A stretch of 64,000 nucleotides of DNA, taken from the NCBI GenBank assembly GCA_000830295.1, contig CP010425.1:288001-352000 (forward strand). The letters run 5' to 3'. The position numbers and the translations under genes were made by a program. Numbering within the stretch: the stretch's first letter is position 1; each line of letters starts with the position of its first letter. This stretch comes from an archaeon GW2011_AR15. GTDB lineage: Archaea; Nanobdellota; Nanobdellia; Woesearchaeales; GW2011-AR15. Positions 56,419-64,000 of this stretch are shown piece by piece. The notes beneath the pieces are model-generated. The model saw only the letters and a list, made by a program, of their open reading frames with translations, searched no databases and had not been told where the DNA came from.

Positions 56419-58692
56419 ATGGATGACATCAATTTCTCTGTAGAAAGGCTGGGGGAGGATACAATACTGAAATGCGATTTTGCAGGCAGCCCGCTTGTGC
56501 CTTCGCTTGAAGACAATGATATCACCATGTCAAAGGTCATGGAGAAGCTTGCGGAGACCAGCGGCATAACAAAGGTTGTGTTTTCCCAGAAGCGTGAGTA
56601 TGAATATGACTTCCAGCAGACTTCCATGCTGAATGAAATAGCAATGATTTACAGGAAGCTGTCAAGGGAAAAGGACAGGTTCAGCATAACCTCTCTTACA
56701 TTAGACAGGTGCGCGAATTACGCCAATATCTGGTATACCCAGCTGAAGAATATAACTTCAAACCTCCTGCTCAGGGATCCGCTCGGCGCCTATGTCGAGC
56801 TGAAAAGAATAAGGAGAAGAGAAAGAATCCTTTTAGACAAAAGCGGGGAGGATGCTGCTGTCTGCATCAGGCACTACCTTTCAATCCTTGATTACCTTAT
56901 TGTCATGCTTGACGAGACAAAGCTGGTCATTATCGCTACCCCATATCTTGCAGGCTACAGCACAGATGACAGGTCTGTCTACAGGACTCTTTTCAGCCCT
57001 ACAATAAAGCCTGATTTCATGTATACAAAACTCATGTCTTCCTATCCGAAGAACAGCAAGGAAATAGACAGCTTTACAATCGGGGAAACTGAGATTACCA
57101 TCTTCAAGATTGCCGATTCAGTCCAGACCCTTTATCATATCCTTCCGCCTGAATTCAAGCTTTCAGAAGAGAAATACGAACTGCTTGACACGGCCAGGAA
57201 CATAATGGCAGAGCACAAGCCGAAAAGGGAAGATTTTGTTGACCCAAAGAGGATGAGGGAAGTTTTCTACAATGTAGGGAAAGACCTCATTGAAGAGCTG
57301 GCAAATTACAGGAGGATAAAATTAAGGGAGAAGGAAGTCGATGAGCTTACAAGGATACTTGTGAGGTATACTGTGGGCTTCGGGCTGATTGAGGTCCTGC
57401 TTCAGGACGAGGAGATACAGGACATTTCAATAAACAGCCCCATGGGAAGGATGCAGATATTCATTGTCCACGGGAAATATGACGACTGCATGACCAACAT
57501 TATACCGACTGTCCAGGAGGCAGAAAGCTGGGCCTCCAAACTAAGGATGATCTCAGGCAGGCCGCTGGACGAGGCCAACCCTATACTTGACACTGAACTT
57601 GAGCTCCCGGGGGTATCAACAAGGGTTGCTGTGATAAACAGGCCGCTTAACCCTACGGGTCTTGCATTTTCTTTCAGGAGGCACAGGGACAAGCCGTGGA
57701 CCCTTCCTCTATTTGTCCATTACAAGATGATAAACCCTCTTGCAGCAGGCCTCATAAGCTTTTTTATTGACGGGACCAGGACAATGATGGTATGCGGTAC
57801 CAGGAGCAGCGGTAAATCCTCCTTCCTTTCAGCAATCATGGTAGAGATTATGAGAAGGTACAGGATGATAACTATTGAAGATACTCTGGAATTGCCTATC
57901 CCCCAGCTGAGAGCACTGGGTTTTAATGTCCAGTCGATGAAAGTGGCATCTTCCCTTACGCAGACAGGCAGTGAGGTTGACGCAACAATTGGGATAAGGT
58001 CAACGCTTAGGCTCGGAGATTCCTCCCTTATTATTGGGGAAGTGAGAAGCAAGGAAGCAGTTGCATTGTATGAGGCAATGAGGGTTGGGGCAGCCGCAAA
58101 CGTGGTTGCAGGAACTATTCACGCTGACTCACCCTATGGCCTGTATGACAGGGTGGTGAATGACATCGGCGTGCCGAAAACAAGCTTCAAGGCAACTGAC
58201 ATTGTCATAGTTGCTGCACCCATAAAATCAGCTGACGGCCTGCATAAGAACAGGAGAGTCATACAGATAACAGAAGTCCAGAAGCACTGGGAGCAGGACC
58301 CTCTTCTTGAAAAAGGCTTTGTTGATTTGATGAAATATGATGCAAAAAAAGACGAGCTTGTGCCCACGGATGACCTTGTCAACGGTGAATCTGAGATATT
58401 GAAAATAATAGGAAGCAAGATAGCTGATTATGCGGGCAACTGGGATGCAATCTGGCAGGATATACTGACGAGGGCAAAGATGAAAGAGGCTCTTGTAAAA
58501 AAGGCCGTGGAGAACAAGGACATGGACATGCTTGAGGCTCCTTTTGTGATACTTTCAAATGACATGTACCATGTATTCAATGAGAAAGTCAGGAAAAAAT
58601 CCAAAAAGCTCGACCAGAAGCTCATCTACCAGGAATGGGAGGCGTGGCTCAACCAGGAAATAAGGAAAAGGAAATACAAGACAGAAAAATAG
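56419..58692 (+). CDS. Type II/IV secretion (pilus assembly) ATPase
   Basis: GTRSSGKS, IEDTLEL, LRLGDSSLIIGEVR, GTIHA. Confidence 0.92.
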   Translation: MDDINFSVERLGEDTILKCDFAGSPLVPSLEDNDITMSKVMEKLAETSGITKVVFSQKREYEYDFQQTSMLNEIAMIYRKLSREKDRFSITSLTLDRCANYANIWYTQLKNITSNLLLRDPLGAYVELKRIRRRERILLDKSGEDAAVCIRHYLSILDYLIVMLDETKLVIIATPYLAGYSTDDRSVYRTLFSPTIKPDFMYTKLMSSYPKNSKEIDSFTIGETEITIFKIADSVQTLYHILPPEFKLSEEKYELLDTARNIMAEHKPKREDFVDPKRMREVFYNVGKDLIEELANYRRIKLREKEVDELTRILVRYTVGFGLIEVLLQDEEIQDISINSPMGRMQIFIVHGKYDDCMTNIIPTVQEAESWASKLRMISGRPLDEANPILDTELELPGVSTRVAVINRPLNPTGLAFSFRRHRDKPWTLPLFVHYKMINPLAAGLISFFIDGTRTMMVCGTRSSGKSSFLSAIMVEIMRRYRMITIEDTLELPIPQLRALGFNVQSMKVASSLTQTGSEVDATIGIRSTLRLGDSSLIIGEVRSKEAVALYEAMRVGAAANVVAGTIHADSPYGLYDRVVNDIGVPKTSFKATDIVIVAAPIKSADGLHKNRRVIQITEVQKHWEQDPLLEKGFVDLMKYDAKKDELVPTDDLVNGESEILKIIGSKIADYAGNWDAIWQDILTRAKMKEALVKKAVENKDMDMLEAPFVILSNDMYHVFNEKVRKKSKKLDQKLIYQEWEAWLNQEIRKRKYKTEK

Positions 58693-59367
58693 TCACTTCT
58701 CCAGTATTATTATGTTGCCCCTTCCCTTTTTTATTTTCTTTACTTTTCCGAGGGATTCAAGCTCTGCAACCATAAGGCTGATCTTTGCTTCTGACAGCGG
58801 AAGTTCTTTCCTGAGCTCCCTCTGCGTCATCCTGCCGTCATTTTTCTCCAGAAGTGAGATTATTCTGGAAAGGTCAGGCTTTGCTTTCTGGATTTTCTCT
58901 TTACTGTATTCTGTTTTGCTTTCTCCTTTATTCTTCCTGGCCCGGAAAAAAAAGAAAGCAGCAGCCAGGATTAAAAGAAGTGCAGCTCCAATCAGCCATG
59001 AAAACTTTCTGTCAGGATATGGATTCTCTATATCTAAATTGAGGTCGTCAAACAGCTCATCATCAATATCCGGGTAGAGAAAAAGGTCAAGCACATAGTC
59101 GCCATTCTGCACTATGGTTATGTTTTCGGCGACTGCCATTGGCTGGCCATTCCTGTAATATGCCAGAATTGTGTATTTGCCAGGAGGCACTTCAATGCTG
59201 TATGTCCCGTTTACAGCCACGAATCTCTGCATTGGATTTGTATTGATCTCAACAACTGCTCCCTCAACCCTGTCAAGCGAAAGGTCATATATGTTGCCGT
59301 ATATTGTTGCTGCTGACGCTGTATAAATCAGTATAAGAAATACTGCAAACATCAACGGCCCCCTCAT
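58693..59367 (-). CDS. Membrane-anchored winged-helix regulator (extracellular beta domain + TM + wHTH)
   Basis: Signal peptide, beta-sandwich, TM, then GRMTQRELRKELPLSEAKISLMV...KKGRGN. Confidence 0.85.
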   Translation of the reverse strand: MRGPLMFAVFLILIYTASAATIYGNIYDLSLDRVEGAVVEINTNPMQRFVAVNGTYSIEVPPGKYTILAYYRNGQPMAVAENITIVQNGDYVLDLFLYPDIDDELFDDLNLDIENPYPDRKFSWLIGAALLLILAAAFFFFRARKNKGESKTEYSKEKIQKAKPDLSRIISLLEKNDGRMTQRELRKELPLSEAKISLMVAELESLGKVKKIKKGRGNIIILEK

Positions 59368-59429
59368 TGAAGGTGGGTTGCCTTTCCGACTATAAAAATA
59401 TTTCCCTGCGACGCCTGTGGAAAAACAGG

Positions 59430-59473
59430 ATATAAAGCTTCTAAAGCCTGTTTTCCGGGAATATAAAGCTTCT
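59430..59473. promoter_or_regulatory. 13-bp direct repeat ATATAAAGCTTCT, candidate operator
   Basis: Copies at 59430-59442 and 59461-59473 (31-bp period) in a divergent intergenic region. Confidence 0.55.
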
Positions 59474-59552
59474 GACGGTCAAATCTGAAAAGTTTCTTTA
59501 TAAGAAAACCGCAATATCTTAACTGTAAAATAAAATAGCGAGGTGGCTATTC

Positions 59553-60758
59553 ATGGAAATGAAAAAGATTATGGCTTTGTCCATGCTGCTCATATTTTTG
59601 ATGAGCGCATTTTCTGTGTTCGCACAGGAAGTCAGGACAGAGGCAAACACACAGGCAAGCGTAAGGGCAAATGCCGGCTCTGCCAATGCAGACGCTGAGC
59701 AGAATGCTTCAGTAAATGCAAGGATTAGCCTGAGAGACAGGCTGCTGGAAATCAATGAGCGGCACAGGGCTAAATTAGAATCACTTACCGATGCTCAGGT
59801 GGAAAAGCTGGAGAGTCTTAATAAGACACAGCTTGAGGTGCTTTCCATTCTTGGAAGAGCCAGAATGAATGCTATTGTCAATTCAGGCAATGCCCCAATG
59901 GCTCTTGCTAAACTGGAAGTCAGGACATTCGCTACAAAGGCTGACATGTTCAGGGAAAGAGTTGTGGAAAACTTCCAGGGCATCAGGGCAAGGATAGAGA
60001 GCCTCAGGGAAGAGCATGCCGAAATAAGGGCAGAGCTTTCAGAAGAGAGGGCTGAATTCAGGGCTGCTGTTGAAGCCGGGAATGAAGAAGATGCAATTGC
60101 TCATGCAAAGGCATATCTTATCAGGGTTGCAGATATTATAATAAACAATCTTGAGAAGATAAAGGCACATGTCGAGGAAAATGACGACCTTACAGAGGAA
60201 GAGGCTGCCAATATCACTGCAGACATTGATGCAAAGATAGAGCTTATGACAGAGGCAAAAGCTGATGTCGAGGCTGCTGAGACAAAAGAGGAGGTCAAGG
60301 CTGCAGGAGCCGCCATAACAGAAGCATGGCACAGCATGAGATTCGGCCTGAGGCTGCATGCTGACGCACTGCTGAGGTTAAAGGTAACCGACATCCTGAA
60401 GAGAGCTGAATACCTTGAAAACAAGTTCGAAAGCGCCCTCGCCAGGCTTGAAGAGGAAGGCCATGATGTAAGTGACGCCAATGCTCTTCTTGACAGCTAC
60501 AGCGAGGCAGTTGCTGAAGCCCGGGTAGAGCTCAGGGAGGCCCATTCACTGCTTGTCGAAGCATATGCTTCAGAAGACAGTGAGGAGATGGTAGAGCAGG
60601 CAAAGGAGCTTATCAGCCAGGCACATGAGCACCTGAGAGAAGCCCATGACTTTTCAAAGCAGATAATTGCTGAGATAAGGGAAATTTCAGGCTCAATAGA
60701 TATTGTGCTTGAGGAATCTTCAGATGCATACGTGCTTGTTGAGGAGGGGGAGGCATAA
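59553..60758 (+). CDS. Secreted Ala/Glu-rich helical protein
   Basis: Signal peptide, long amphipathic helices. Confidence 0.8.
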   Translation: MEMKKIMALSMLLIFLMSAFSVFAQEVRTEANTQASVRANAGSANADAEQNASVNARISLRDRLLEINERHRAKLESLTDAQVEKLESLNKTQLEVLSILGRARMNAIVNSGNAPMALAKLEVRTFATKADMFRERVVENFQGIRARIESLREEHAEIRAELSEERAEFRAAVEAGNEEDAIAHAKAYLIRVADIIINNLEKIKAHVEENDDLTEEEAANITADIDAKIELMTEAKADVEAAETKEEVKAAGAAITEAWHSMRFGLRLHADALLRLKVTDILKRAEYLENKFESALARLEEEGHDVSDANALLDSYSEAVAEARVELREAHSLLVEAYASEDSEEMVEQAKELISQAHEHLREAHDFSKQIIAEIREISGSIDIVLEESSDAYVLVEEGEA

Positions 60759-60973
60759 TGAAAGAGAAAAGGGCATTTGCCATTGTGGTCTCTCTGATGC
60801 TTCTTTCAGCATTCATACTTGGCTGCTCAAACCAAGAAGCAAGCACAGGGGACAATGCTGATGAAGACCTTGAAGAGGGCATCAGCGAAGTCGACAGTGC
60901 TAAAGAGGATTTCAATCAGGAAGAGGTAGACTCTGGAGTCAATGCTTTAGAGGGAGACTTCTCTGACTGGTAA
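60758..60973 (+). CDS. Small acidic lipoprotein
   Basis: ILGC lipobox; start overlaps previous stop. Confidence 0.7.
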   Translation: MKEKRAFAIVVSLMLLSAFILGCSNQEASTGDNADEDLEEGISEVDSAKEDFNQEEVDSGVNALEGDFSDW

Positions 60974-61719
60974 GATTTATTTTTTATTTTTTTTATTGCG
61001 TACTCTGCTATTTTCTTGAGATTGATTACGTCTTCCTCATTGTATTCAACCAGCAGGTCAAGATAATATTTGTCGCCTGTTGCCCTGAACATTCTCCATA
61101 GTTTAATAGGGTCACCGCCATACATCCTTTCAACAATAACATTGTTTCTTGTTATGCCAATCTGCTTCTCTATTTCCTTCAGCCCGCCTTTCAGCCCTGC
61201 TTTATTGCAGAGGTGCCTCACATCAATATGCGGGATATCCGGGATTAGGCCGGGAAATTTCTTGTTCAGATAAGGAAGGTCAAATGAGGAACCGTTGAAT
61301 GTCACAATCAGCTTGTATTTTTTCAGCTCGTTTTTCAGGGCAGCAGGATTCAGGTTTATGCCTTTCACCATTGTCTTTGTGTCAATGCCATCATACAAGC
61401 CGATAACTGTAAGATATGATTCCATGCTTGTTGAGGATGAAGTCTCTATATCCAGGAAAACTATTTCGTCTTTGAAGAATTCATATAATCGCCATGTCTC
61501 TGTTGTTGGCACTTTGTCTGTAAAATATGCAGAGTTCCCCTCATAAAGCTCTTTCTTTGCCTCAAGTATCTTCCGGTCATAGAATGCTTTTGTCTTTTTT
61601 GAAATGCCTTTAATATCTCTCTCCAGGAAATCATCCCAGTCATTTATTCCCTGCTCCCTTATTATAAATTCTTTTTTCAGCCCGACTTTGGGGAGGTGAA
61701 TATAGGTATTTCTGATCAT
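60916..61719 (-). CDS. YprB-like RNase H-fold exonuclease
   Basis: FLDIET, TFNGSSFDLP, GGLKEIE, YNEEDV. Confidence 0.88.
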   Translation of the reverse strand: MIRNTYIHLPKVGLKKEFIIREQGINDWDDFLERDIKGISKKTKAFYDRKILEAKKELYEGNSAYFTDKVPTTETWRLYEFFKDEIVFLDIETSSSTSMESYLTVIGLYDGIDTKTMVKGINLNPAALKNELKKYKLIVTFNGSSFDLPYLNKKFPGLIPDIPHIDVRHLCNKAGLKGGLKEIEKQIGITRNNVIVERMYGGDPIKLWRMFRATGDKYYLDLLVEYNEEDVINLKKIAEYAIKKIKNKSYQSEKSPSKALTPESTSS

Positions 61720-61836
61720 GGAAATTTTGTTTTTCAGAAGTTTAAAAGGGTTGCGTGGGGATGTCCAGTGAACAATAGCTTATGCACCAGCCATATCTAC
61801 CAAAACTTTAAATATTCCAGTTTATAAGTAAATAGG

Positions 61837-62055
61837 ATGGCAAAGAAAGAAGCAAAAAAGAAAGAAGAAGTCAGGAAATTATTCAGGTCAAAGAGCAACA
61901 GGGTAATCGCCGGTGTGTGCGGCGGTATAGGTGAATATTTTGCAGTTGATCCTGTTGTCGTAAGGCTCGCATGGGTGCTGTTCACCCTGCTTAGCTTCGG
62001 AACCGGAATCCTGATTTATATCATAGCCTGGCTTATAATACCTGAGAGAAAATGA
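61837..62055 (+). CDS. pspC: PspC domain protein
   Basis: LFRSKSNRVIAGVCGGIGEYF, YIIAWLIIP. Confidence 0.92.
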   Translation: MAKKEAKKKEEVRKLFRSKSNRVIAGVCGGIGEYFAVDPVVVRLAWVLFTLLSFGTGILIYIIAWLIIPERK

Positions 62056-62057
62056 TT

Positions 62058-62966
62058 TTATTCTGATTTTATCTCTACTACGTATTTCGCATCAGAGCTT
62101 GGCGTATAAAGGGGGCATGGCTCTTCATAGCAGGGAGGCACATTCTCAAATGTATCGACAATCTCCATGCCCTCATCAAGGAAGATTATATCTATAGGGA
62201 ATCTCATGTTCTTCATCCAGAAGCCATATCTCCCCGGCTCTTCAAAGACAAAAAGCATTGCCCCTTCAAAATCATTTCTGTACATCAGCCCCAGCTGCCT
62301 GCCCGGCGGCGTGTTCCTTATTTCTGCTGGATAGCATGTGTCATCGATGCATACCTCTGTATCATTGACAGGGAGAATGTAAAGCGCACCCACAATCAGC
62401 AGCACTATTGCCGCAAAATATATTTTTGTTTTCAGGGATTTTACCAGGAAAACTGACCTATGCGCTGACCTGCCAACCTTGAGAAAGAGCTTTTCAGTCA
62501 GGCTGTATGCTGTCAGGATCCCGTAGAGCCACAGCAGCAGTTTACTCTCAAATACAAGGGAAACAAGGACCAGCACAGGGAAAACAACTGCTGCTGCCAG
62601 CGCTGCATAGTTCCTCATGAAGACCGGCTCTTTTGTATGGTAATAGCTGAGTGCCTGCACAAGCAGGTAATATGACACCAGGAATATGGCCTGGTAGATG
62701 TATTTTTCAAGCACATAGATGCCGAAAAGATAGAGGCTCAGCACAACGCATACAACAATGAAATTGTCAGTTATAGCATCAAATTTCGCCCCGAATTCTG
62801 TCTCCTGCTTTAGTTTTCTCGCCAGGAAGCCGTCAAGGAGGTCAGTGGCAAGCGCAAGAAGGTAAAAAACCACAAAAGCAAAGGAATGCGCATACGCAGA
62901 CCATACCATGAGGCCACCGAAAATAACCCTGAGAAATGTAACAGAATTCGGGACATTCAGTTTCAT
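62058..62966 (-). CDS. CDP-alcohol phosphatidyltransferase fused to a DUF192 domain
   Basis: PNSVTFLR, DLLDGFLAR...GAKFDAITD; C-terminal GLMYR, MLFVF, FWMKNMRFPIDIIF. Confidence 0.85.
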   Translation of the reverse strand: MKLNVPNSVTFLRVIFGGLMVWSAYAHSFAFVVFYLLALATDLLDGFLARKLKQETEFGAKFDAITDNFIVVCVVLSLYLFGIYVLEKYIYQAIFLVSYYLLVQALSYYHTKEPVFMRNYAALAAAVVFPVLVLVSLVFESKLLLWLYGILTAYSLTEKLFLKVGRSAHRSVFLVKSLKTKIYFAAIVLLIVGALYILPVNDTEVCIDDTCYPAEIRNTPPGRQLGLMYRNDFEGAMLFVFEEPGRYGFWMKNMRFPIDIIFLDEGMEIVDTFENVPPCYEEPCPLYTPSSDAKYVVEIKSE

Positions 62967-63018
62967 CCATCATATGAATTCAGTAATGTTTTTAAATCAT
63001 CCTCCTTTTCCATCATTT

Positions 63019-63195
63019 ATGGCAAAGGACAACAGGATAAGCATGCCTGCTTCGGGAGCAGGGATAACAAGGTATTTTGATGACTATAAGTCAAAGATAG
63101 AATTTTCACCGGGCCATGTTGTTTTTCTTGCAATAGTCGTAATGCTTCTTGTCATAATTCTTAACATCTGGGGCGGCAGCATCCTTGGAATATAA
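63019..63195 (+). CDS. secG: Preprotein translocase subunit Sec61beta
   Basis: MPASGAGITRYFDD...SPGHVV + TM; start reassigned to 63019. Confidence 0.9.
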   Translation: MAKDNRISMPASGAGITRYFDDYKSKIEFSPGHVVFLAIVVMLLVIILNIWGGSILGI

Positions 63196-63279
63196 GAACT
63201 TCCGGCTTTATAGTCTTTAACAAAAGAAAAGATTTAAAAGAGTCATCATCTACTTCTTTCTCTAAAAAAGAGGGTTAAA

Positions 63280-64000
63280 TTGGAAACTAAGGCAATTGAT
63301 TCTTACAAGATATACTCAGAGAAGATACCTCTGCAGATACATATCTACAGCCAGAGGGGCCAGCCCGTGCCATTTTATCACCTTTCCCTGCTCAATATTA
63401 CCCCTGAGACAAAAAGGACAATCGAGAGAATAAGAAATGACATAATCACAGGGCTGAGCTTTGACATAAGCCAGAAGCAGGGTAAGCAGGGGGAGGAAGA
63501 GATAAAGGAGCAGTTCAGGGAAAAGCTTTCTGCCCTGATAGAGGGGCAATTCGCAGGCGCTGACCAGGATACTGTTGAGCTGATAACCGACTACATAATC
63601 ACAACAAGCCTTGGCCTTGCTGAGCTGGAGTTCCTGCTGAATGACCAGCAGCTTGAGGAGATTGTAATAAACGGCGCAGGAATCAATGTGTGGGTCTACC
63701 ACAAAAAATACGGCTGGCTTAAGACAAACATTGTTTTCAATGACGAGAATAAAATAAGGCATTTTGCAACAATAATAGGGAGGAACGTGGACAGGGGAAT
63801 AAGCCTCCTTGATCCGCTGCTGGATGCCCACCTGAAGACAGGTGACAGGGTGAACGCCACTCTTGCTCCTATAACAACTGCAGGAAACACCCTCACCATC
63901 AGGAAATTTTCAAAGGTGCCGTGGACAATAACAACTTTCCTGAAAAACAAGACAATCGATTACAATGCCGCTGCTTTAATATGGCAGGCAATGCAGTATG
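63280..64000 (+). CDS. Type II/IV secretion ATPase (CpaF/VirB11-like), N-terminal part
   Basis: Manual translation from TTG 63280 gives GLAELEFLLND.QLEEIVING, VYHKKYGWLKTN, PLLDAHL.TGDRVNATL, TIRKF. Confidence 0.88.
   Translation, partial: METKAIDSYKIYSEKIPLQIHIYSQRGQPVPFYHLSLLNITPETKRTIERIRNDIITGLSFDISQKQGKQGEEEIKEQFREKLSALIEGQFAGADQDTVELITDYIITTSLGLAELEFLLNDQQLEEIVINGAGINVWVYHKKYGWLKTNIVFNDENKIRHFATIIGRNVDRGISLLDPLLDAHLKTGDRVNATLAPITTAGNTLTIRKFSKVPWTITTFLKNKTIDYNAAALIWQAMQY

Noticed and set aside
1-64000. CRISPR arrays, rRNA, integrases/transposases, inteins
   Set aside because: No regularly spaced repeats, rRNA-like tracts or such protein motifs seen; no duplicate of the tRNA 3' end indicating an att site was noticed.

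Overview
This is a gene-dense 64-kb segment of an archaeal chromosome. Archaeal markers are RpoD/L/N, eL18, Nop5/fibrillarin, RFC, archaeal LeuRS/TrpRS/GlyRS, DnaG and Sec61beta. Gene content and style suggest a DPANN lineage, most likely Woesearchaeota (inference). It holds a low-GC island with a fused type IIG restriction-modification gene, the S13-S4-S11-RpoD-L18e-L13-S9 operon, a mevalonate/isoprenoid cluster with the classical (PMK + MVD) lower pathway, sugar-nucleotide genes and type IV pilus-like genes. The most interesting signals are non-coding. (1) At 42.9-47.1 kb a duplicated promoter + tiny G-x-S-R-W leader ORF precedes an intronless tRNA-Trp. Its acceptor stem can be sequestered by an alternative leader helix, and it sits 22 nt before a GNAT / deacylase / membrane protein / YggS / TrpRS run. 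This is a candidate Trp-sensing, tRNA-gated regulatory or tRNA-dependent biosynthetic system. (2) A ~245-nt pseudoknotted RNA with a repeat-displaying loop, plus a uORF, lies upstream of dnaG. (3) A ~90-nt candidate sRNA is divergent from nop5. All protein calls rest on motif recognition by eye; no searches were run.
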